Positions 46,507 to 55,514 of a DNA stretch of 64,000 nt are shown here, piece after piece. Made by a program: the position numbers and the translations under genes. This stretch comes from Microcoleus sp. (GTDB lineage: Bacteria > Cyanobacteriota > Cyanobacteriia > Cyanobacteriales > Microcoleaceae). The stretch covers positions 3,648,001 through 3,712,000 of the forward strand of contig CP181291.1 of assembly GCA_052279835.1 (NCBI GenBank), read 5' to 3'. The notes beneath the pieces were generated by a model, which searched no databases, was not told where the DNA came from, and was given only the letters and a program-made list of their open reading frames with translations. Each line of letters begins with the position of its first letter. Position 1 is the first letter of the stretch.

Positions 46507-48129
46507 ATGGATATTGCAGAAGTTTTGACACTGGCAGATGAGCTAATTTTTGCTAAGACGGGAAAGCATTTAGATTACGTGCAAGATGCTATTCTGCGGG
46601 GGACATTAGAAGACGCAACTTACACGCAAATTGCTCAAGAAGTTTACTCAAGTCCAAGTCATGTCAGAAATGTCGGATCGGACCTTTGGAAAACACTTTC
46701 TAAAGGATTGAAAAAAAATATTACTAAAAACAATTTTAGGACTGTATTAGAAAAGGAAAACATTTATAATTATCAGTTAGCTGTAGTTGGCGATAATATT
46801 AAAATTGGTGAGAATGTTACAGTCAATAATAACTTTAATGTTTGTCCTGAAAAAGTGCGATCGCCCAAAACACCAAAAAACCCCGAACCAACAGCAAAAC
46901 AGCCCAGAATCGACTTAGGGGACGCACCAGAAATCTCCACATTTTTCGATCGCACATCCGAACTCACCACCCTCGAAAACTGGATTTTGGGCCGCACCCG
47001 CCTCATCACCATCCTCGGCTTATCCGGTATGGGCAAAACCGCCCTGACACTGCAACTAATCCCACAAATTCAACAGGAATTCGACTGCATCATCTGGCGC
47101 AGCCTCCACAACGCGCCACACCTCCAAACACTCCAAACCGACATAATTCAATTCCTATCGCAGCAGCAAGAAACTAACCCCCCCAACCCCCCCTTATCAA
47201 GGGGGGGCGAAGAGATTCACCCTCCTTCTCCCAGGCGCGGCGAAGAGATTCAACCTCCGTCTCTTTCTCCCCCCCTTGCTAAGGGGGGGCTGGGGGGGGT
47301 ATTAGACTACAGGGGCCAAGAGACTCAACCTCTTTCTCCCCCCCTTAGCAAGGCAGGGCTGGGGGGGGTAATAGACTACAGGGGCCAAGAGATTCAACCT
47401 CCGTCTCTTTCTCCCCCCCTTAGCAAGGGGGGGCTGGGGGGGGTAATCCACCATTTGCGATCGCACCGCTGTCTCATCATCCTCGATGATGTCCAAACCA
47501 TCTTCAGCAGCCAACAACTCGCAGGAAACTACCAACCGGGCTATGAAAACTACGGCGCATTCTTCAAACAAATAGCAGAATCATCCCACAACAGTTGCAT
47601 AATCTTGCTCAGTTGGGAAAAACCCAGAGAAATTGCAGCCTTAGAAAGCCAGCAGAAAAATTGTCAAACATTGCAACTCAATGGCTTAGGCGAAGCAGCG
47701 CGAGAAATCTTCACAAAAAAAGGCTTAGCCGAATCAGAAAAATGGTCAGAATTGATTGAGCTTTACCAAGGCAATCCCTTGTGGTTAAATATAGTAGCTG
47801 CTGGAATTCAAGACTTATTTAGCGGCAATGTTGCTGACTTTTTATCCTATAATAGCCTAGTTTTAGGAGACTTAGAATACTTATTAGACCAACATTTTCA
47901 GCGGTTGTCAGAGACGGAAAAACAAGTATTGTGCTGGTTGGCAAATCAAAACAAACCAGTCGAAATCTCCAAAAAGCCAGCCCTTCTGGAATTATCGCCG
48001 TCAGAATTCCTCAAAGCCGTGGAATCCTTGAGGCGGAGGTTGTTAATCGAAAAAGTCCAAAAAGGCGATCGCACCCTCTTCCAACTGCAACCAGCCATCG
48101 CAGAATACATAAAAGAGCGCATCAAATAA
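46507..48129 (+). CDS. HTH + NB-ARC (STAND) ATPase with an in-frame repeat insertion
   Basis: HTH TYTQIAQEVYSSPSHVRNVGSDLW; GLSGMGKT; LIILDDV; YQGNPLWL. Confidence 0.88.
   Translation: MDIAEVLTLADELIFAKTGKHLDYVQDAILRGTLEDATYTQIAQEVYSSPSHVRNVGSDLWKTLSKGLKKNITKNNFRTVLEKENIYNYQLAVVGDNIKIGENVTVNNNFNVCPEKVRSPKTPKNPEPTAKQPRIDLGDAPEISTFFDRTSELTTLENWILGRTRLITILGLSGMGKTALTLQLIPQIQQEFDCIIWRSLHNAPHLQTLQTDIIQFLSQQQETNPPNPPLSRGGEEIHPPSPRRGEEIQPPSLSPPLAKGGLGGVLDYRGQETQPLSPPLSKAGLGGVIDYRGQEIQPPSLSPPLSKGGLGGVIHHLRSHRCLIILDDVQTIFSSQQLAGNYQPGYENYGAFFKQIAESSHNSCIILLSWEKPREIAALESQQKNCQTLQLNGLGEAAREIFTKKGLAESEKWSELIELYQGNPLWLNIVAAGIQDLFSGNVADFLSYNSLVLGDLEYLLDQHFQRLSETEKQVLCWLANQNKPVEISKKPALLELSPSEFLKAVESLRRRLLIEKVQKGDRTLFQLQPAIAEYIKERIK
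47176..47447 (+). repeat. Coding-region array of CCCCCCTT-x4-AAGGGGGG palindromes, translated as SPPL(A/S)KGGLGG repeats
   Basis: Four palindrome copies; the same family occurs intergenically at ~7825-7856. Confidence 0.85.
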
Positions 48130-48226
48130 CCGCCCTTAGTTGAGAATTTAGGAGTTTTCACAGCAACCTGGTTTTGGGGATTTTGCTATAATTTGTATCA
48201 TGTAACTTAAATGCCGATGAGCTTAT

Positions 48227-48871
48227 ATGGACAACCACTTGCGGCCCCAAACTCCTCTCGTCAGCACCTTTGCACAAACCTTAGAAACTTGCTATCCCGA
48301 TGCGCTAAGTTTACTCAATCCCGGTGTAGCAGAAACAGAAATCGAATTATTCAAAAATCGTTACCAACGGGAACTTCCTCAAACATTCTACGATTTTTAC
48401 CGCTGTTGTAATGGTTCAGCCTATGAAAGTTTAGAGGATAATTGGCTGTTTCCTTTCGAGCATGGTAGGAGTCTTTTACCTTTAGAATGTATTGCGAAGG
48501 AGAAAGATTTTTGGGATGGGGAGAGTAAAGTTAATTTCTCGGAATGGAAACCAGGGGAATATTGGAATGAAGCATGGATTCCGTTTATGAAAGTAGATAG
48601 TTGGTGGCTGCGGGTTGTGGATACTGAAGGCTGTTTCGGCGGTATTCCCGGACAAATCATCAGTTTTGACTACAAGAGTTATCCGTTTAGAAGTATTGAA
48701 TATGATTCCTTTGACAAGTGGCTGGAAACTGTGATTGCGAAAATTGAGTCTGGGTTTTTGTTTAAAGAGTTTCATGAAATCGGGTTGGAGGAGGATAAGG
48801 CAATATTTGCGATGGAAAAACGGATCAATCCCCAGCGCCGCAGTATTGAATTAGAATCCAACAAAGTGTAA
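48227..48871 (+). CDS. SMI1/KNR4 (SUKH) family protein
   Basis: LNPGVAETEIELF...ELPQTFYDFYRCCNG; WNEAWIPF; PGQII; SFDKWLE. Confidence 0.8.
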   Translation: MDNHLRPQTPLVSTFAQTLETCYPDALSLLNPGVAETEIELFKNRYQRELPQTFYDFYRCCNGSAYESLEDNWLFPFEHGRSLLPLECIAKEKDFWDGESKVNFSEWKPGEYWNEAWIPFMKVDSWWLRVVDTEGCFGGIPGQIISFDYKSYPFRSIEYDSFDKWLETVIAKIESGFLFKEFHEIGLEEDKAIFAMEKRINPQRRSIELESNKV

Positions 48872-48939
48872 AATTAAGATGGAGTTGATAGTTGCACTTT
48901 CAATCACGACTAAGCTAACAACCAATCACCAATAACAAA

Positions 48940-50181
48940 ATGATTAAAATTTTACATCTTTCAGATATCCACATGGGAAGCGGCTTTTCTCACGGGCGCG
49001 TCAATCCCGAAACCGGTTTAAATACACGCTTGGAAGACTTCGGAAATAGCCTGAGTAAATGTATGGATAGAGCGATTTCTGAACCCGTAGATTTAGTCAT
49101 ATTCGGCGGGGATGCTTTCCCCGATTCCACGCCACCACCGTTTGTAAAAGAGGCTTTTGCGCGTCAATTTAGCCGCTTGGTGGACGCGCAAATTCCGACG
49201 GTTTTGCTAGTGGGAAATCACGATCAACATTCCCAGGGACAAGGTGGGGCGAGTTTGGGGATTTATCGGACTTTGGGTATACCTAAGTTTATTGTAGGCG
49301 ATCGCCTGGATACTCACCGCATCGAAACCCGCAACGGCCCGGTACAGGTGGTAACATTACCTTGGTTGACGCGATCGACTTTAATGACTAAATCTGAAAC
49401 CGAAAATCTGTCCATGGGCGATGTTAACCAATTATTAACCGAAAAATTGACGATCGCCCTAGAAGGAGAAATTCGCCGTCTCGATCCAAACATTCCCACT
49501 ATACTTTTAGCACACTTAATGGCAGATAAAGCCAGTTTGGGTGCAGAGCGTTTTTTAGCAGTGGGAAAAGGCTTTAATATTCCCGTCTCCATGTTAACTC
49601 GTTCGTGTTTCGATTACGTTGCTCTCGGCCACGTTCACAAACACCAAAATTTGAATGCTTCTAACAATCCCCCCGTAGTTTATCCTGGAAGCATTGAACG
49701 GGTTGATTTTAGCGAAGAAAAAGAAGATAAGGGGTTTGTGTTAGTTAATTTGGAACGGGGAAAAGCTGAGTGGGAATTTTGCGCTTTACCGGTGCGGAAA
49801 TTTCAGACAATTAAGGTGAATGTGGCTGAAGCGGAAAACCCGCAAACTGAGTTGGTGAAAGCGATTGGGAAGAAAGAGATAACTGACGCGGTGGTGAGAT
49901 TGATCTACCAATTGCGATCGGAACAATTAGACTTAATTGATAACGCAGAATTGCACGCACTTTTGGGCGCAGCGCACAGCTACACCATTCAACCGGAATT
50001 AATCAGTCAGTTAGCAAGGCCGCGTTTACCAGAATTGAATGCTAATAATAGTATAGACCCATTAGATGCTTTGAAAACTTATCTGGCAAGTCGCGAAGAT
50101 TTGAAAGATGTGGCGGAGAGTATGTTGGAGGCGGCGCAGGGTTTGTTGGGAGGGAAAGAGGAATTTGTGGCAGATTTTTAG
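48940..50181 (+). CDS. sbcD: Exonuclease SbcD (Mre11-like)
   Basis: HLSDIHMG, GGDAF, GNHD, DYVALGHVH, YPGSIERVDFSE. Confidence 0.93.
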   Translation: MIKILHLSDIHMGSGFSHGRVNPETGLNTRLEDFGNSLSKCMDRAISEPVDLVIFGGDAFPDSTPPPFVKEAFARQFSRLVDAQIPTVLLVGNHDQHSQGQGGASLGIYRTLGIPKFIVGDRLDTHRIETRNGPVQVVTLPWLTRSTLMTKSETENLSMGDVNQLLTEKLTIALEGEIRRLDPNIPTILLAHLMADKASLGAERFLAVGKGFNIPVSMLTRSCFDYVALGHVHKHQNLNASNNPPVVYPGSIERVDFSEEKEDKGFVLVNLERGKAEWEFCALPVRKFQTIKVNVAEAENPQTELVKAIGKKEITDAVVRLIYQLRSEQLDLIDNAELHALLGAAHSYTIQPELISQLARPRLPELNANNSIDPLDALKTYLASREDLKDVAESMLEAAQGLLGGKEEFVADF

Positions 50182-50285
50182 GTAGGGGAATTATTTAACC
50201 GCAGAGAGCGCAGAGAACACAGAGGGAGATAGGAGAGATAGGAATAATTTCAATACTAACGGATTTGATATAACTAGAGGGAAAA

Positions 50286-51614
50286 ATGAGAATCAATAAG
50301 ATTTCAGTCACTAAACTTTTTGGACTTTTCAACCATCTGGTTTCGCTCAACATCGAAGATAGAATCACGATTATTCATAGTCCGAATGGATTTGGTAAGA
50401 CAGCATTACTCAGGATGATCAATGGATTTTTCAATTCACGTTACTCAGAACTTCGGACTATTCCATTTGCAGAATTTAGAGTAGACTTTGATGATGGTAG
50501 TTATCTGCAAATAACTAAATCTATTGATACAAGTGAAGATAAAAAAGATAAAGATTTAACGTTTTACCTTTATAAATCTGGTGCAGAAACAGAGACGTTT
50601 TTACCTAATTCATTAATAGATTCATTAGCAGAAACAAATGTTTCTTTGGATATCACAGAGGAGAAACTACAGTCATCAGGTGGTATAGAAACACAAACTA
50701 AAAATTCGGAATCAACCGCCTTCCAAAATCTTGTCAAGGCCTTGACTAAGTTGACTAAAGAGTTAACTTCAAGCATACAAGTTAATAAAGAACCAAAGTG
50801 GCTGTCAGAACTAAAAAGATCGATTGATGTTCGTTTTATAGAAACTCAGCGCTTGTTAACTCCCTCAAATATTCCTGAAGCAGCGGTAGACACAAAACAC
50901 CCATCAATGATTCCCTCAGTTAATATATATTCCCAGGAACTAGCAGAAGAGATCCAAGCAAAACTGGCTGAATATGGTGCATTGTCTCAATCCCTTGAAA
51001 GAACCTTTCCCGCAAGAATTTTCAACAAAAAAGCACCCTCTAACCTAACAGAAGAAACACTTCGCGACAAATTAAATAAAATTGAGGAAAAGCGTTATCG
51101 TCTCATAGAAATTGGTCTTTTGGATAAAGACGAAAATCCTGATTTTCAAATCGAACAACATATTGATAATACCACCAAAAACATTTTGTCGGTGTATGTT
51201 GAAGATGTAGAACAAAAACTCATGGTTTTTAAGGAACTCGCTACTAAAATAGAACTTTTTACAAGAATTATTAAACAGCGATTTCTCTATAAAAATATGA
51301 GCATCAGTAAAGAGAAAGGTTTTACCTTTACAACGGCGGGTGGTAAGCCTTTGTCGCCGACAGACTTATCTTTCGGAGAACAGCATGAACTGGTAATGGT
51401 TTACGAGTTATTATTCAAAGTTAAACCTAACTCGCTGGTTCTCATTGACGAACCAGAAATTTCGCTGCATATAGCATGGGAAATCGAGTTTCTCAAAGAT
51501 TTGCAAGCAATTATTAAGCTGGCAAACTTTGATGTTTTATTAGCAACTCATTCTCCAAGCATTATAGACGATCGCTGGGATTTGACAGTGGAATTAGCAA
51601 GGCCAGTTGAATGA
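50286..51614 (+). CDS. ABC-type AAA_15/AAA_21 ATPase, PARIS AriA-like
   Basis: HSPNGFGKT, LSFGEQHE (variant signature), LIDEPEISLH, ATHSP; 4-nt overlap with the DUF4435 gene. Confidence 0.75.
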   Translation: MRINKISVTKLFGLFNHLVSLNIEDRITIIHSPNGFGKTALLRMINGFFNSRYSELRTIPFAEFRVDFDDGSYLQITKSIDTSEDKKDKDLTFYLYKSGAETETFLPNSLIDSLAETNVSLDITEEKLQSSGGIETQTKNSESTAFQNLVKALTKLTKELTSSIQVNKEPKWLSELKRSIDVRFIETQRLLTPSNIPEAAVDTKHPSMIPSVNIYSQELAEEIQAKLAEYGALSQSLERTFPARIFNKKAPSNLTEETLRDKLNKIEEKRYRLIEIGLLDKDENPDFQIEQHIDNTTKNILSVYVEDVEQKLMVFKELATKIELFTRIIKQRFLYKNMSISKEKGFTFTTAGGKPLSPTDLSFGEQHELVMVYELLFKVKPNSLVLIDEPEISLHIAWEIEFLKDLQAIIKLANFDVLLATHSPSIIDDRWDLTVELARPVE

Positions 51615-52257
51615 AAGAACATATTAACCCTAGCTACATTGCCAACCAAATTCGCCTGCTGAGAAATCAACCTAAATTCACTGAACATTCTTTTCTAATT
51701 GCTGAGGGAGATACAGATGCGCGGGTATGGAAAAACTTGGTAGACTCAACAAAGTGTCGTGTGGAAATTGCCCATAACAAGGATAATGCTGTGAAAGTGC
51801 TCAATATCCTTGAAAGAGATAACTTTGCTGGTGTCTTGGGTGTGGTTGATGCTGATTTTGATATATTAGAAGGAACTGTTCCACTCAGTCCGAACTTGCT
51901 GTTAATAAGTTTATAAATAAGGAAACATTGGCATTAAATGAATCCGACTTGATGAAAGCCGTGAAAAATAACTCTCAACAACCGGGACTTAATGAGACAG
52001 AAGTTAAAACAAAGATGGATAGCTTAAAAACAAATGCTCACGATATGTGGTATATTTGTTGTGGTCACGATATGATTGCTATTTTGTCGATCGCACTTTG
52101 TAAAGCATTAGGTTCCTGTAACTCCAAGCAGGTTGAACCTAATGTACTAGAAATAAATTTAAGGCTAGCCTATGAGTCTGCTCATTTCCGGCTGACAAAA
52201 CTTTATATAGCGATTCAGACATGGGAACAAACTAATCAACCCTTCGAGGTTCTTTAG
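51611..52257 (+). pseudogene. DUF4435 TOPRIM-like protein (AriB-like) disrupted by an apparent internal deletion and frameshift
   Basis: N-part FLIAEGDTD...VVDADFD stops after NLLL; the C-part NKFINKETLAL...CCGHD...LRLAYE resumes out of frame at ~51904. Confidence 0.7.
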
Positions 52258-52478
52258 TCATCATCATTGATTCCGTTTTATGCTAAATTTTTTTGTATTT
52301 GTGCATTTGTCATTTTTAATATTTGTATTGCTCAAGATTGGGATTTATATCATTTCCGATTGTATTGGAATGATTTAACCGCAGAGAACGCAGAGAGCAC
52401 AGAGGAAGATCAGAGGAAGATCAGAGAGATAGGAATAATTTTGATGAATAGTTGATTTGATGTTATATCGTTTTCGTT

Positions 52479-53492
52479 CTAACTCTTAACCTCCACACCA
52501 CCAAAAATTTCGCCCGCAGCCAATCGAGTTCCATTAGCAAAATCCACCCCAGACTGCACTTTTTTACCAGCTAACTGCACCTCCCGCAATAATAATAAAC
52601 CATTGCCAGTTTGGACGATCGCCCCTAAGCCCTTCACAACCTTAACAACTTCCCCATTCTCCCCTGACAACTGGGACAAAACAGGCCATTCCCGTTCCAA
52701 AACCCTCAACTCTGGCGGTAATTGTAGCCAATATTCCGGCCCCACTGGCGCTGTAGCCATCACCTTCAGAGAATTGCCGCGAAAAGTCGTCGTACAATCG
52801 GGGTAAAAACCCCTAACTTGATTGTGAAGCGCGATCGCACTTTTCGACCAATTCAACACAAAATCAACACCCTTAATCATCGGCGCATAAGTCGCTTCTG
52901 CCTCATTTTGAGGAATAGCTTCTATTTTCCCATCCCTCAACTTAACCAAAGTTTCCACCAACAAATCCGCCCCCATTTCTGACAGCCTATCTCCCAAAGA
53001 ATCAGCATTATCCAACAGCGTAATTCCCGCAAAATCCTTCAACAACATCGCCCCAGTATCCATCCCCGCATCCATCAACATCGTAGTAATTCCGGTTTCC
53101 TTTTCCCCGTCATAAAGACAGCGCTGAATCGGTGCCGCGCCGCGATACTTGGGTAAAATTGAACCATGAACGTTGATGCAAGCTATATTAGGAATATCCA
53201 GTATTTCTTGAGACAGAATCTGGCCATAAGCCACGACTACAAACACATCAGCTTCGGCTGCCCGCAGTTTGGCAATTGTGTCGGCATCTTTCTTGATTCG
53301 TGAGGGCTGCAAAACCGGGAGACTGTGATTTAAAGCCGCCATTTTGACTGGTGAAGGCATCAATTGATTGCCTCTTCCCCGGCGTTTATCCGGCTGAGTG
53401 ACAACCGCTACCACCTCGAATTCGGGATGAGTTAGCAGGCTGGATAAAGTAGGAACCGCAAATTCTGGAGTGCCAAAAAAGATAATTTTCAT
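52479..53492 (-). CDS. fmt: Methionyl-tRNA formyltransferase
   Basis: MKIIFFGTPEFA, VVTQPDK, INVHGSILPKYRGAAPIQ; the ORF-track extension upstream is repeat sequence. Confidence 0.96.
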   Translation of the reverse strand: MKIIFFGTPEFAVPTLSSLLTHPEFEVVAVVTQPDKRRGRGNQLMPSPVKMAALNHSLPVLQPSRIKKDADTIAKLRAAEADVFVVVAYGQILSQEILDIPNIACINVHGSILPKYRGAAPIQRCLYDGEKETGITTMLMDAGMDTGAMLLKDFAGITLLDNADSLGDRLSEMGADLLVETLVKLRDGKIEAIPQNEAEATYAPMIKGVDFVLNWSKSAIALHNQVRGFYPDCTTTFRGNSLKVMATAPVGPEYWLQLPPELRVLEREWPVLSQLSGENGEVVKVVKGLGAIVQTGNGLLLLREVQLAGKKVQSGVDFANGTRLAAGEIFGGVEVKS

Positions 53493-53619
53493 ATAAATTT
53501 GTAATTTGTAATTGGTAATTGGTAATGGGAGGCAGAGCCTCCGGGTATGTATTCCCAGGCACAGCCTGGGAACAAGACAAAAACTAACAACGAACAATTA
53601 ACAAAAAATAACCAACAAA

Positions 53620-53682
53620 TGACTACTGACTAATGACTACTGACTAATGACTACTGACTACTGACTACTGACTACTGACTAA
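53620..53682. repeat. Heptamer tandem repeat (TGACTAC/TGACTAA)n
   Basis: About nine units overlapping the stop of the OmpA-family gene. Confidence 0.85.
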
Positions 53683-54598
53683 TTGCTACTTCAATGCGGC
53701 GATTGCGCTGCCGATTGGCATCGGAACCATTATCCACCGAAGGGCGACTGTCTCCATAGCCGATCGCCACCCAATGATACTTCTCCCCAAGCACATTAGA
53801 CAAATAGTTCGCCACCGCCTGAGCCCGCGCAAAAGACAAATTGCGATTATCGGCCGCTTCCCCCACATTATCAGTGTGTCCAGAAACCTGCACCGTCGCC
53901 CCCTGGTAATTTCGCAAATCCGCCACCAAATTATCTAAAATCGCATTGGTTCCCACGCGCAAGGAAATACTGCCAGTATCAAACAAAACATCGCTAGGCA
54001 AAGTTACCATCAGCGCATCCCCTGCAAACACGGGATTATCGCTTGGTTGTGCCTCCGTCACAGGCTGTGGAGTTGCAGTCGCGCCAATGGCGGGTAAAGC
54101 CGGAGTAGGAGTTGTGGCTGTTTCCGGTGATGCTAATTCCCGCGACATCAACTGCAACCGCTTTTCCAAGGTTTCCGTCGGGCGACTGCTACCCAATTGA
54201 CTTTCCAAAGCAGCCGTGCGCCCGATGAGGGCGTTTAACTCTCCCTGTAACTGTCTCAAATCTGACTGCAACTTCTGTTTGACGGCGGGATTGAGTTGGG
54301 ACTGGGGGCTCGGCGTAGTGGTTGGTGTTGGTAGCACCGGAATTTGCTTGGCTCGTGGGCGTTTCGCACCGGGGGTTAAATTTTGAGTTAGACGCAGGAA
54401 TCTCTCGGCTAGGGGCATTTCTGTGGCGCTAGATGGGTAAATTTGGGCGATCGACATTCCCAAAACCCAGGCAAAACCGCTGCCGACCCCCAGCAGTAAC
54501 AGTCGAAAAATCAGCGATAGGACAAAAACACCTTTCCCCCGCGACTTGGGGACGCGAGTTGGGGGAATTGAAGGTTTTTGGTTAAAAGATGCCGTCAT
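53672..54598 (-). CDS. OmpA/MotB C-terminal domain protein
   Basis: LPSDVLFDTG, VSGHTD, LSFARAQAV, NRQRNRRIEV; N-terminal TM segment. Confidence 0.88.
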   Translation of the reverse strand: MTASFNQKPSIPPTRVPKSRGKGVFVLSLIFRLLLLGVGSGFAWVLGMSIAQIYPSSATEMPLAERFLRLTQNLTPGAKRPRAKQIPVLPTPTTTPSPQSQLNPAVKQKLQSDLRQLQGELNALIGRTAALESQLGSSRPTETLEKRLQLMSRELASPETATTPTPALPAIGATATPQPVTEAQPSDNPVFAGDALMVTLPSDVLFDTGSISLRVGTNAILDNLVADLRNYQGATVQVSGHTDNVGEAADNRNLSFARAQAVANYLSNVLGEKYHWVAIGYGDSRPSVDNGSDANRQRNRRIEVAISQ

Positions 54599-54832
54599 GG
54601 CTCCTCCCTCTCGGTACACTTACAATATCAATTTTGATACTATCATTCGATTTTAGGTTTAAGATTTGAGATTTGAGATGAAACATAAACAATCATTCCT
54701 TTGGGGTAGGCATCCTGGGTACTCTTGACAGCTTTTTTGCCAGATGTCTATTTTAGATGTGGGATTTTAAATCTGACGATTTTAGATGTGAAATCTGTTA
54801 GATAATGCAATATAACTTTTGGAAAAAACTCC

Positions 54833-55504
54833 ATGAACGACCCTTTAAATAGCCCTTATCCCGTTCCTTGGGAATGGATCACCACTACTCATGCTAAGGT
54901 TAGCTCGACTATGGGTTCTGGAGTCCGCTACTATCGCAGTCCTTCTCTAGTTTCGGTTAATGGTGAATACGCCGCTTACAGTCGCATTGAGTTACAAGTG
55001 CAGCCGGAATTATTCCAGTGTCGAGTTAGTAGTGTCATGTTTGTGGAAAATCTGAAAACGGGGGAACTGCAAACCGTGGCTGCTGCTTCGCCATTGGCTG
55101 AAAGCGGGTTTTACGCTACTGACGAAACTGATATGTCTGGGACGATCGCCATTTTAGTACCAGTTGGTTGGAATCAAACAGGTTCCCGCCTCCTCGCCCG
55201 CGAATTTGAAGCCATTTTCTGTTCTTCGGATATGTCTGACTACGCTGTCATCTGGGACAAAAATGATAATTACACCTATACTGTTGCTCCCGCTCGCAGT
55301 CTTTACACTCATGCTGTATTGTTGGGTTGGAGTCAAGTTTGTCCTGGACAAGTTTTGTTCCGCGCTGGCAATTTGGGGGAGGGAACTTGGCCTCTTTGTG
55401 CCGTTGATACGACCGGCCAAACCGTAGCTGTCAGCAACGATCAAGCCCTAGTTTTCGGCACTCAAAGCAGCACGGACTGGACGGAACCTAAAACTCGTTT
55501 TTAG
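54833..55504 (+). CDS. Conserved hypothetical cyanobacterial protein
   Basis: 223-aa ORF with PYPVPWEW, YRSPSLVS and GTIAILVPVGW. Confidence 0.7.
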   Translation: MNDPLNSPYPVPWEWITTTHAKVSSTMGSGVRYYRSPSLVSVNGEYAAYSRIELQVQPELFQCRVSSVMFVENLKTGELQTVAAASPLAESGFYATDETDMSGTIAILVPVGWNQTGSRLLAREFEAIFCSSDMSDYAVIWDKNDNYTYTVAPARSLYTHAVLLGWSQVCPGQVLFRAGNLGEGTWPLCAVDTTGQTVAVSNDQALVFGTQSSTDWTEPKTRF

Positions 55505-55514
55505 ATATTATTTT

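Noticed and set aside
53493..53597. N-terminal extension of fmt
   Set aside because: It translates REP-like and heptamer repeats; Fmt begins at MKIIFFG.
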